Source: an uncultured Anaerofustis sp. (GTDB lineage: Bacteria > Bacillota > Clostridia > Eubacteriales > Anaerofustaceae). Taken from it: a stretch of 32,000 bases of DNA. The stretch's first letter is position 1, and each line of letters opens with the position of its first letter. Positions 19,435-28,359 of this stretch are shown piece after piece. The notes under the pieces are model-generated. The model was given only the letters and a program-made list of their open reading frames with translations, searched no databases and had not been told where the DNA came from. A program made the position numbers and the translations under genes. The stretch spans positions 1,311,845 through 1,343,844 of the forward strand of contig OY771429.1 in NCBI GenBank assembly GCA_963674555.1, read 5' to 3'.

Positions 19435-19499
19435 TATTATAATAAAAGGTAAGATTCGATAACTTCGATATCTCAGATCCTATGAGAGGAAGAGATTGC

Positions 19500-20726
19500 A
19501 TGAGAATATTATATTACGATTGTTTCAGCGGTATCAGCGGTGATATGAACCTAGGGGCGATGATCGATCTGGGTATGCCCGAAGCATATTTGACAAGCGA
19601 ACTTGCGAAGTTGAACTTGCAAGACGAATATACATTATCGTTCAGAAAAGACAGAAAGAAAGAGATCACAGGGACGAAGGTCGATGTGATCTTAACAAAC
19701 GAAGTACCGCCGCATGATCATTCGCATCATGAAGAACGTACGCATGAGGGGCATGAACATCATGCGCACAGACATCTTGCGGATATCCAAGCACTCATTG
19801 ATCAAAGTGATTTGAGCAGGCGCGTTAAATACAACAGTAAAGACATGTTTATGCGTCTCGCGGAAGCGGAAGCTAAGATACACGGAACCTCGGTCGACGA
19901 AGTGATCTTCCACGAAGTCGGCGCGATCGACTCGATCGTGGATGTTATCGGCGCGGCGATCGCATTCGATTATTTTAAAGCGGATATGATCTACTCTTCA
20001 TCCGTGCAAGTCGGAGGCGGTTTCGTCAAATGCGCACACGGACTGATCCCTGTGCCTGCGCCTTCAACATTGGAGATATTAAAAGGCGTACCGCTTAAAT
20101 CAGGCATCGTACAATTTGAAACAACGACACCGACGGGCGCGGCAATACTGGCTGCGAACGTTACGCAGTTTACGGATGATTTGTCATACCCGATACAAAA
20201 GATCGGTTACGGGCTAGGCACAAAGGATTTTGATATCCCGAATGTGTTGCGTGTTTATCTGATCGAAACGCAAGATATGAATATAACCGAAGAACAATAT
20301 ATACTAGAGACGAATATCGATGATATGAATCCCGAACTTTACGGATATATAGAAGAGAAACTCTTTGAGAACGGCGCGTTGGACGTATTCAAAACACCGA
20401 TCATTATGAAAAAAGGAAGACCGGCAGTTAAACTCAGTGTTTTAGTCGATCAGTCACATGAGAAAAAAGTGACGGACATACTCTTTAAAGAAACGACATC
20501 GCTCGGACTGCGCAAATTCAGTGTGGAAAAAGTGATGATAAAAAGAGAATTCATAACACTGGATACGAAATACGGTACTGTCAGCGTAAAGAAAGCATAC
20601 GCAGCTGATTCAACAGTGAAATATAAAGCGGAATACGAAGACTGTAAAAAAGCGGCGATCGCCAATCATGTGCCGATCACGGAAGTGTACAGAGAAGTCG
20701 ATCTGCTTATGCAAAAAGATTTATAA
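19500..20726 (+). CDS. larC: Nickel pincer cofactor biosynthesis protein LarC (nickel insertion)
   Basis: 'MRILYYDCFSGISGDMNLGAMIDLG', His-rich loop 'HDHSHHEERTHEGHEHHAHRH', 'FHEVGAIDSIVDVIGAAIA', 'ETNIDDMNPELYGYIEEKL'. Single continuous ORF. Confidence 0.93.
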   Translation: MRILYYDCFSGISGDMNLGAMIDLGMPEAYLTSELAKLNLQDEYTLSFRKDRKKEITGTKVDVILTNEVPPHDHSHHEERTHEGHEHHAHRHLADIQALIDQSDLSRRVKYNSKDMFMRLAEAEAKIHGTSVDEVIFHEVGAIDSIVDVIGAAIAFDYFKADMIYSSSVQVGGGFVKCAHGLIPVPAPSTLEILKGVPLKSGIVQFETTTPTGAAILAANVTQFTDDLSYPIQKIGYGLGTKDFDIPNVLRVYLIETQDMNITEEQYILETNIDDMNPELYGYIEEKLFENGALDVFKTPIIMKKGRPAVKLSVLVDQSHEKKVTDILFKETTSLGLRKFSVEKVMIKREFITLDTKYGTVSVKKAYAADSTVKYKAEYEDCKKAAIANHVPITEVYREVDLLMQKDL

Positions 20727-20755
20727 AGAATAACTCATATTGAAAGGCGTAACTT

Positions 20756-21571
20756 ATGGATGCGCATGAAAAGTTAGAATTACTTAAAAAAAACATACAA
20801 GCGCGCGGCAATTTAGCTGTCGCATTTTCGGGCGGTGTAGACAGCACGTTTTTGATCAAAGTGGCTTCTCAAGTATTGGGAAAAAAAGCCGTAGCGATAA
20901 CAGCACGTGCTGCAGCATTTCCTTTAAAAGAATTTGAAGAAGCCGTAGCATTTACGAAGCAAATCGGTGTACAGCATATCATTATAGACGCGGACGTGTT
21001 CGCGTTTCCGCATTTTTCGGAAAATCCGAAAGAACGTTGCTATTATTGCAAAAAAGCGATCTTCGGTAAGATCACAGAAGCCGCCAAAGCACACGATATC
21101 GATACGATCGCTGACGGAAGTAATGTCGATGACGATTCGGATTACAGACCCGGAATGAAAGCGATCGCTGAATTAAAGGTCGTCAGTCCGTTAAAAGAAG
21201 TCGGTTTGACCAAAGAGGATATACGGTTGCTATCCAAAGAAATGGGACTACCCACTTGGGACAAACAATCTTCGGCTTGTTTGGCTTCACGTATTCCATA
21301 CGGTCAGCCCATCACAAAAGAGAATTTAAGTATGGTCGAACGCGCGGAAAATTATCTGACAGGACTTGGTTTCAAACAGGTTCGTGTCCGTCATCACAAC
21401 GATTTGGCGCGTATTGAAGTCGGAGCGGACGAGCAGTCCCGTTTTTGCGAAAACGGTTTGATGCAACAAGTACATGATGAACTTAAAAAGATCGGCTATA
21501 CGTTTGTAACGCTTGATATGCAAGGGTACCGAATGGGCAGCATGAATGAAGCGATCCTTAAAGATCAGTAA
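20756..21571 (+). CDS. larE: ATP-dependent sacrificial sulfur transferase LarE
   Basis: PP-loop 'VAFSGGVDSTFLIKVA', 'KERCYYCKKAIFGKI', 'DGSNVDDDSDYRPGMKAI', 'SSACLASRIPYG'. Confidence 0.93.
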   Translation: MDAHEKLELLKKNIQARGNLAVAFSGGVDSTFLIKVASQVLGKKAVAITARAAAFPLKEFEEAVAFTKQIGVQHIIIDADVFAFPHFSENPKERCYYCKKAIFGKITEAAKAHDIDTIADGSNVDDDSDYRPGMKAIAELKVVSPLKEVGLTKEDIRLLSKEMGLPTWDKQSSACLASRIPYGQPITKENLSMVERAENYLTGLGFKQVRVRHHNDLARIEVGADEQSRFCENGLMQQVHDELKKIGYTFVTLDMQGYRMGSMNEAILKDQ

Positions 21572-21614
21572 GATAAAGTAACAAGATAATGACGAGCGAT
21601 GAGGAGGTCCGTAC

Positions 21615-22361
21615 ATGGATAAAAATGAAATGAAACAATTGCTTGAATCCGTTAAAAGCGGTGAGACTTCGATCGATACGGCGATGGAAGAACTGATAGA
21701 TCTGCCTTATAAAGATCTCGGTTTTGCAAAAATAGACAACCATCGCGAACTTCGCGTCGGATATCCCGAAGTGATCTATTGCGCGGGCAAAACTGTACAA
21801 CAAGTAAGAGATATCGTTGCGTTCATGCTGACAAAAAACTGTAATATTTTAGCTACGCGCGCAAACGAAGAAATGTATCTTGCCGTTAAAGAGCTTTGTG
21901 CGGATGCGCAATACAACGCATTGGGCGGGGTCATCACGATAAGAAAAAATGAGAAAGAACTGACGGAAAGCTATATCGCAATCGTTTCAGCCGGAACATC
22001 GGATCAGTCGGTCGTTGAAGAAGCTGCGGAAACCGCACTTATTTTAGGCAATCGCGTAGAGAAGATCAACGACGTAGGTGTCGCGGGTATCCATCGTTTG
22101 CTTTCAAAAATGCAGATCGTACGCGGCGCGAGAGTCGTGATCGTCGTTGCGGGTATGGAAGGCGCGCTTGCAAGCGTGGTCGGTGGTATGGTCGATAAAC
22201 CTGTGATCGCCGTACCCACGAGCGTGGGATACGGGGCGAGCTTCGGCGGATTATCGGCACTGCTTACGATGCTTAACAGTTGCGCAAGCGGTGTGACCGT
22301 CGTGAATATAGACAACGGATTCGGAGCAGCTTACACGGCTTCGATGATCAATCAATTATAA
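21615..22361 (+). CDS. larB: Nickel pincer cofactor biosynthesis protein LarB
   Basis: 'FAKIDNHRELRVGYPEVIYCAGKT', 'VVIVVAGMEGALASVVGGMVDKPVIAVPTSVGYGASFGGLSALLTMLNSCASGVTVVNIDNGFGAA'. GAGGAGG RBS. Confidence 0.93.
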   Translation: MDKNEMKQLLESVKSGETSIDTAMEELIDLPYKDLGFAKIDNHRELRVGYPEVIYCAGKTVQQVRDIVAFMLTKNCNILATRANEEMYLAVKELCADAQYNALGGVITIRKNEKELTESYIAIVSAGTSDQSVVEEAAETALILGNRVEKINDVGVAGIHRLLSKMQIVRGARVVIVVAGMEGALASVVGGMVDKPVIAVPTSVGYGASFGGLSALLTMLNSCASGVTVVNIDNGFGAAYTASMINQL

Positions 22362-22406
22362 ATAAAAATATAAAATTCGTATTTGTAAAAATGAGAGGAA
22401 GACAAA

Positions 22407-23366
22407 ATGATCGTATCATTATTCGATGATGAAATAGAGTACAAGTTCGCTGTGGAAGAACTAAAGATGTTGGAAGACAAGCTCGGTGAAAAAATACTGC
22501 GTTGCAAAACAAAAGATGACGCGCTAAGGGCTTTACCCGAAGCGGATATCATCGTGACATTGGGCAGCGGACCGTTTGCGATCCCTTTAGACCAAGATCT
22601 ATTGAATGTATGCGCAAAGCTCAAATTAGTCCTGTGCTTTAACGCGGGTGTTGAAGAATTACCGCTTAATGCCCTAAAAGAAATGGGTGTAACAGTTGGT
22701 AACGGACAAGGCGCGCACGGCAGCACGATCGCCGAATATGTCATAGGCGGTATGATCGCTCTTAATCGTAAATTCAATATGTTTATGAAAAATCAGCAAG
22801 AACATGATTGGGTGCGCTCGGCGCCGGGTTGGAACCTCGAAGGCAAGACAGTTTGTGTGATCGGGACCGGAAGCATCGGGCGAGTGATCGGTAAAAAAGC
22901 ATCGAATATGGATATGCGTGTTATCGGTGTTCGCAAGCATCCGCAACAGATGGACTATTTTGAAGACGTTATGGGTGCTGATCGATTAAACGATGCGCTT
23001 AAACAAAGTGATTATATCGTTCTTGTTATGCCTCTTACGGAAGAAACGTACCATATGTTGGGGAAAGAACAATTCGCGCTTATGAAAGACGAGGCTGTTA
23101 TCGTCAATGTTTCGCGCGGCGATACGATAGATGAAGAAGCAATGATCGAAGCGTTGAAAGACGGGCAGATCAGAGGCGCCGTGCTCGATGTGTTCCATAA
23201 GGAACCGCTTCCGAAAGACAGTCCATTATGGGATATGGACAATGTGATCGTGACACCGCATATCGCGGGCCCGTCATTAAATACGCAGCAAAACGCTGTC
23301 GAGATCATATATGATAAAATTATCAAATTCAGAAACAACGAAGAAATACCGAACAAGATCATTTGA
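22407..23366 (+). CDS. D-2-hydroxyacid dehydrogenase (NAD-dependent)
   Basis: 'GKTVCVIGTGSIGRVIGKKASNMDMRVIGV', 'VNVSRGDTIDEEAMIEALKDGQIRGAVLDVFHKEPLPKDSPLWDMDNVIVTPHIAG' with the catalytic Arg/Glu/His signature. Confidence 0.92.
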   Translation: MIVSLFDDEIEYKFAVEELKMLEDKLGEKILRCKTKDDALRALPEADIIVTLGSGPFAIPLDQDLLNVCAKLKLVLCFNAGVEELPLNALKEMGVTVGNGQGAHGSTIAEYVIGGMIALNRKFNMFMKNQQEHDWVRSAPGWNLEGKTVCVIGTGSIGRVIGKKASNMDMRVIGVRKHPQQMDYFEDVMGADRLNDALKQSDYIVLVMPLTEETYHMLGKEQFALMKDEAVIVNVSRGDTIDEEAMIEALKDGQIRGAVLDVFHKEPLPKDSPLWDMDNVIVTPHIAGPSLNTQQNAVEIIYDKIIKFRNNEEIPNKII

Positions 23367-23404
23367 TCGCATCTAAAAAAGTTCATTATGAATGGGGGAG
23401 AACA

Positions 23405-24199
23405 ATGAAGAAAATAATCATTATCTTATTAAGTATTTTACTTATCGCAAGCTTGTTTACAGGTTGCGCGAAAGAAGAAACGGAACCGCTTGTCGTTGGG
23501 ATGGAACTGGCTTATCCGCCGTTTGAAACCAAAGACGACAACGGAGACCCGAGCGGTATCAGCGTTGATATGGCTTACGCATTAGGGGAATATTTGGGCA
23601 GAGAAGTCGTGATCGAAAACACAAATTGGGACGGGCTTATACCGTCGTTGCAAACAGGTAAAGTGGATGTTGTTATATCCTCTATGACGATCACGGAAGA
23701 ACGCGGCGAAGTCGTTGACTTCTCAGATCCGTACGCAAAAGCGTATTTGGCGTTGCTCGTTAATAAAGATTCAGGTATCACAAGCGTGGAAGAACTGAAT
23801 CAAAGCGGCAATATCATTGCAGTGAAAAAAGGGACAACGGGTAATATTTACGCGGATAACGTATTAACAAATACTACCGTCAACGCGCTTACTTCGGAGA
23901 GCGCATGTGTCACGGAAGTCACACAAGGCAAAGCGGACGCTTTCATTTACGATCAACTGACCATCTACAGACAAAATCAAGCGAATCCCAATACGACGAT
24001 CGCTGTGATGATACCCGGACAAGAAGCTGAAAATTGGGGAATGGCCGTTAATAAAGGCAATGATGAACTGCTTGCGCAGATCAACGCGTTTATTGCGGAA
24101 TATAAGGCTGACGGAGGGTTTGAAACCTTGACCGAAAAATATCTCTCGGAAGAGAAAGCGACATTTGACGGACTCGGTTTTCCATGGTTCTTCGACTAA
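23405..24199 (+). CDS. Amino-acid ABC transporter substrate-binding lipoprotein
   Basis: Lipoprotein signal 'MKKIIIILLSILLIASLFTGCAKEE'; SBP family 3 motif 'GMELAYPPFETKDDNGDPSGISVDMAYALG'. Confidence 0.93.
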   Translation: MKKIIIILLSILLIASLFTGCAKEETEPLVVGMELAYPPFETKDDNGDPSGISVDMAYALGEYLGREVVIENTNWDGLIPSLQTGKVDVVISSMTITEERGEVVDFSDPYAKAYLALLVNKDSGITSVEELNQSGNIIAVKKGTTGNIYADNVLTNTTVNALTSESACVTEVTQGKADAFIYDQLTIYRQNQANPNTTIAVMIPGQEAENWGMAVNKGNDELLAQINAFIAEYKADGGFETLTEKYLSEEKATFDGLGFPWFFD

Positions 24200-24208
24200 G
24201 GAGCATTC

Positions 24209-24985
24209 ATGAATCGACCTCAGAATCAAAAACCCGGCAAGACGGTCAAGTTCTTGAGCGCCGTAGCGGTCGCTGTGATCTTGATCGGCTTTGTCGGGCT
24301 TTCCGTACATTTGATCGGATTGAAGTTGGACTTCTCAACGTTGATCAGATACCGTAGCAGATTGTGGCAGGGCTTTGTTGCCACAGTCGTCATCTCTTTA
24401 GGCAGTTTGGTCATCAGTTTACTGATCGGACTTATTACCGCGCTCGGACAAAACGCCAAAAATCTGATCCTTAATTATTTGTGCAGAGCGTACGTGCAGA
24501 TCATACGCGGCACACCGCTTTTGGTGCAGATCTATTTTTTCTATTACATCATCGGTACCGCGTGGGGGATCGATAGCCGCTATATAGCGGGCATTTTGAT
24601 CTTATCGATCTTCGAAGGCGCTTATATTTCAGAGATCATCCGAGGCGGTTTTGAAAGCATTGACAGACAGCAATATGAGATCGCAAGAGCGATCGGATTA
24701 ACCTCGGCTCAAACGTTTCAATATGTTACGGTGCCGATCTTATTATCGCGCATATTGCCTGCTTTGGCGGGACAATTTGCTTCGATCATCAAAGACTCGT
24801 CTCTGCTCTCGGTAATAGCTGTCATCGAACTCACGCAAACGACGCAAGAGATATCCGCGACGAATTTTAGGTTATTCGAAAACTATTTTTTTGTCGGGAT
24901 ACTTTATTTCGTTTTAACTTTCACGGTATCGCTGATTTCAAAAAGATTGGAGAAACAGTACAATCATGAATTTAGAAATCAATAA
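24209..24985 (+). CDS. Amino-acid ABC transporter permease
   Basis: 'FVATVVISLGSLVISLLIGLITAL', 'YVQIIRGTPLLVQIYFFYYIIG' His/Glu/Gln permease-type motifs. Confidence 0.92.
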   Translation: MNRPQNQKPGKTVKFLSAVAVAVILIGFVGLSVHLIGLKLDFSTLIRYRSRLWQGFVATVVISLGSLVISLLIGLITALGQNAKNLILNYLCRAYVQIIRGTPLLVQIYFFYYIIGTAWGIDSRYIAGILILSIFEGAYISEIIRGGFESIDRQQYEIARAIGLTSAQTFQYVTVPILLSRILPALAGQFASIIKDSSLLSVIAVIELTQTTQEISATNFRLFENYFFVGILYFVLTFTVSLISKRLEKQYNHEFRNQ

Positions 24986-25700
24986 TATCTGTAAAAGTTT
25001 CGGTGATGAAGATGTTTTGCAGGATGTTTGTTATCATGATGACATTACATCCGTAGCCGTGATCGGTCCGTCTGGTGGGGGCAAATCGACTTTGCTTCGT
25101 ATCATTGGCGGATTATTGATCCCAGATTCGGGATCGATAAAAATGGACGCAAAAGAAGTTATTTTTACGGAAAAAGAATTGCACACCTATCGGAAAGATA
25201 TCGGTTTTGTTTTTCAATCAAACGGTCTTTTTGAGCATTTAACCGCGACTGAAAACGTCACATTACCGCTGATCCGTACATTTAATATTGATAAAACCGA
25301 GGCGGTCGACACAGCACATAACCTATTCGAGCGATTCGGCTTGATCGAAGAGAGAGATAAATACCCTTACCAACTCTCGGGCGGTCAATTGCAACGTATA
25401 GCCATAGCGCGCGCTATCGCGGTAAAACCGAAATTGCTTTTATTGGACGAGCCTACTTCAGCGCTCGATCCCGAGTATACAACTGAAGTTTTGGATATGC
25501 TCGGTGAATTGCAGGCGGAAGGATTGCGAACGATCATCGTTACCCATGAAATGGGTTTTGCGAAAAACGCTTGCGAAAAGATCATTTTCCTAACAAATCA
25601 TACGATCGTGGAAAGCGGAAAAAGCGCGGATATATTCAGTTCAGCAAAAACACCTGAACTGAAAAGTTTCTTAAATAAGATATTGGAATGGCGTGTATGA
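24966..25700 (+). CDS. Amino-acid ABC transporter ATP-binding protein
   Basis: Walker A 'GPSGGGKSTLLRIIGG', signature 'LSGGQLQRIAIARAIAVKPKLLLLDEPTSALDPE'. Overlaps the permease end. Confidence 0.95.
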   Translation: MNLEINNICKSFGDEDVLQDVCYHDDITSVAVIGPSGGGKSTLLRIIGGLLIPDSGSIKMDAKEVIFTEKELHTYRKDIGFVFQSNGLFEHLTATENVTLPLIRTFNIDKTEAVDTAHNLFERFGLIEERDKYPYQLSGGQLQRIAIARAIAVKPKLLLLDEPTSALDPEYTTEVLDMLGELQAEGLRTIIVTHEMGFAKNACEKIIFLTNHTIVESGKSADIFSSAKTPELKSFLNKILEWRV

Positions 25701-25724
25701 TACGTCCGTCATAAATTAAAAGAA

Positions 25725-25746
25725 CGCATGATCTTAAGATCATGCG
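25725..25746. terminator. Bidirectional rho-independent terminator
   Basis: Perfect 22-nt palindrome CGCATGATCTTAAGATCATGCG flanked by A and T runs, between convergent genes. Confidence 0.85.
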
Positions 25747-25762
25747 CTTTTTTATTTTCTGT

Positions 25763-27232
25763 TTATTCTAATCCTAATACCGTAATGCGACCTTCTACTT
25801 TTGAAGATATGCGGTTGTGCACGGTCAGATATTCGTCAAGAATTTGCAGGCAAGTCGTAGAGGCGATCTTTTGTTTTTCATTTTGTTCCACTTCTTCCAT
25901 CGGTATACCGAAGAAACGATCGAAGTTATTCAAATGGAATCGTTGTATGCCGACGGAATAGACTTTCTCATCATCAAGCGGTTCACCGTTTAAAGTCAAC
26001 TCCACGATCTCTTTTTCGGGATAGGAATACGTCACGAACAGACCTTTACTGAATTGGTAGAACTCCGTTTCGTTAAGATAAGCGTCATCGCGCAATAAAT
26101 GTTTGACCATCCTTTTTAGTTGATCGCCGTTTGCGTAGACACTCATGATCCAGTCATCGTAAGGAAAGGCCTCCGCAAGATCACCGAACGTAACCGTAGG
26201 TCCCAAAGAATTCGTCCTGATACTTCCGGAACCCAAGAACATGATGTCCAAGCCCAAACTCTCTTGGAAAATATCTGCGAAGAGATTACCCATGTCCGTT
26301 TCTCTGTAGCGAACGGGATGCGTAAGCTGGTGCGGAAGATGGGTCAAGATCCTTCCGAATTTTTTATCCGTGATCTCTTTATATTTTTCTATCGTGTGCT
26401 TTAAGTCTTCATTTACCGGGCAGTAAGAACTATCGATCGGAACGAGTTTCCACTCATACGAATCAACGCGGTTTGTATCGGTGTCGATCTTCAGATCGAA
26501 TCTTCCGATCATGTCCGTACCGGTGCCCGCTTGTACGATCAATATATCGTTTACGAGCTCAGGTTCATCCAAAACAGTGTGCGAATGGCCGCCGACGATA
26601 ATGTCCACGCCCCAATTGGGGTCTAAAAGCTCCGCTAATTTCTTGTCTTGTTCAAAGCCGATATGCGTAAGTAATACAGTCAGGTCAATATCTATCGTTT
26701 TATAGTTGTTACAGATCTTACCGACAGCTTCCGCGGCTTCTTCAATATCGACGAAAGAACCTAGGATATCGTCCTGTTTGGCGTAATCCATGATCTCTTC
26801 GGTGAGCAGTCCGATAAACATGATCTTCATGCCGTCGATCTCAATGATGCGGTACGGTTCAAACAATCGCGTCATATTTGATTTGATATATATATTAGCG
26901 TTGATGATCGGGAAATTCGCGCATTTTTCCAGAAATATCAAATGCGCTAATCCGTAATCGATCTCGTGATTGCCCAATGTCGCTACATCCGGGGCTATCA
27001 TATTCATGATCTCGATGGTCGATAATCCTTTGAATTCGCTGTCGATGACCGAGCCTCGAAACATGTCTCCGGCGATCACATACAAGGAGTTGTCTTCTTC
27101 GTTACGAACTTTATTGACATAGCCCGAAAGCATCGAAACACCGCCGAGCAATTGTTTATCGATCTCTTCGGCTAAGAAGTCTCCGTGCATATCGTTTGAA
27201 TGCAGTAGTGTTAAGTTTTTGATATTTGCCAT
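25763..27232 (-). CDS. Bifunctional metallophosphatase/5'-nucleotidase
   Basis: 'LTLLHSNDMHGDF', 'VATLGNHEIDYG', 'VDIIVGGHSHTVL', C-terminal 5'-nucleotidase domain. Start moved to M17 (MANIKNLTLL...), which has a better RBS. Confidence 0.92.
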   Translation of the reverse strand: MANIKNLTLLHSNDMHGDFLAEEIDKQLLGGVSMLSGYVNKVRNEEDNSLYVIAGDMFRGSVIDSEFKGLSTIEIMNMIAPDVATLGNHEIDYGLAHLIFLEKCANFPIINANIYIKSNMTRLFEPYRIIEIDGMKIMFIGLLTEEIMDYAKQDDILGSFVDIEEAAEAVGKICNNYKTIDIDLTVLLTHIGFEQDKKLAELLDPNWGVDIIVGGHSHTVLDEPELVNDILIVQAGTGTDMIGRFDLKIDTDTNRVDSYEWKLVPIDSSYCPVNEDLKHTIEKYKEITDKKFGRILTHLPHQLTHPVRYRETDMGNLFADIFQESLGLDIMFLGSGSIRTNSLGPTVTFGDLAEAFPYDDWIMSVYANGDQLKRMVKHLLRDDAYLNETEFYQFSKGLFVTYSYPEKEIVELTLNGEPLDDEKVYSVGIQRFHLNNFDRFFGIPMEEVEQNEKQKIASTTCLQILDEYLTVHNRISSKVEGRITVLGLE

Positions 27233-27303
27233 TGTTCTTTCTCCTATATAGTTTTTTATCTTATGTGAATTAAAAATCATTTAGATCCAGATGAAAGATT
27301 ATT

Positions 27304-28083
27304 TTATTTTTCGTTTAAAAATTGCTCAAGGATATCCCTGTTATTTTGCTTAATTTCAGATGCTTGTACTATCCCGCTTTTAGCTATATGTTTCATTACG
27401 ATTTTTTTTATCAGTTCAATAAATTCGCTTGATGCACCTGGTGAACAGATTATTTTTTTAATGAAAAGGAGATTTTTAAGTAAGGTACGATGCATGTTTT
27501 TTGTAAGAATAGGATGATGGTACATGACAATTCTGAACTCATTTTCATTTATGAAATACTTACTTTTCCCGAATGCTTTCATATGAACAGAATTCATTTG
27601 ATTGCAATAATCATAATCTATTTTCCCATAAATATACTTTACACTTTCATACTCATTTTCATAGCACTTTGTTTCTAATGCGTTTAATAAATCCTCAACT
27701 GTAGTTAATAGTAAGATTCCTTCATCAAAATTCGTATAGTTTTTCCACATTAAATAGGATTCATTTTCATGTATAGTCCAGCAAGATGCATAATAACACT
27801 CAATAGTTTTTAAAATATTACTTTTTCTTGATTGTGCATATTCATAATTTACGTTAACTTCGGATGCTTTCAAGGAATCAATTATTTCTTTATATTGAGG
27901 AACTCCTTCAGCCTTATCTTCAAATTCTGATATTTTTTTAAAACATAATTCTGAAGTTTCTAGCATATTTAAAAACCCCGAAAAAGTAAAATAGCGACCA
28001 ATCACTAGCGACCTGAGTTCAAATGGAATTTCTCTGGTTAGAGTTGAAATATGTAGAGGTTTGTTCTGTTCCCAACAATTCAT
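27304..28083 (-). CDS. DUF2971-like domain-containing protein
   Basis: 259 aa: 'LRSLVIGRYFTFSGFLNMLETSELCFKKISEFEDKAEG', 'CYYASCWTIHENESYLMWKNYTNFDEGILLLTT'. The W-T-x-x-x-x-E-S-x-x-M-W-x-x-Y core resembles DUF2971. Strongly AT-rich. Confidence 0.7.
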   Translation of the reverse strand: MNCWEQNKPLHISTLTREIPFELRSLVIGRYFTFSGFLNMLETSELCFKKISEFEDKAEGVPQYKEIIDSLKASEVNVNYEYAQSRKSNILKTIECYYASCWTIHENESYLMWKNYTNFDEGILLLTTVEDLLNALETKCYENEYESVKYIYGKIDYDYCNQMNSVHMKAFGKSKYFINENEFRIVMYHHPILTKNMHRTLLKNLLFIKKIICSPGASSEFIELIKKIVMKHIAKSGIVQASEIKQNNRDILEQFLNEK

Positions 28084-28324
28084 CTTAATTCATAAATCTC
28101 CTTAACATATTTAGTATATTTATCGCCATAAAAAACAGATGATTTTCTGCTTTGTTATTGAATGAAAGTACTTTTGAAAAAGTCTTGATTTACTTTAAAT
28201 TATACGTTTAAGACCGTGAACTGTCAATTGAAAATCGGTTGGATGATCCAAAATTAGGCGCATCTAAATTTTAAATAAATCAAAAAATATTCATAAATCA
28301 ATGGAAAAGTCATCATAAAAATGC

Positions 28325-28330
28325 TATAAT
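28325..28330 (+). promoter_or_regulatory. Possible -10 element for the Mrp/Mbh-like operon
   Basis: Consensus TATAAT about 30 nt upstream of the annotated mrpE start. The candidate -35 TGGAAA (28302-28307, 17-nt spacer) is weak. Confidence 0.4.
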
Positions 28331-28359
28331 GATATCAATTAAAACAACCTGTTCCTCAA

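Noticed and set aside
19385-19499. Nickel riboswitch or other structured leader upstream of larC
   Set aside because: There is only one simple 11-bp hairpin. No multi-helix architecture or known riboswitch core could be recognised.
27304-28083. Calling the DUF2971-like gene an anti-phage defence system
   Set aside because: Only one gene is present, with no effector, nuclease, NTPase or recombinase partner. Composition supports foreign origin but not function.
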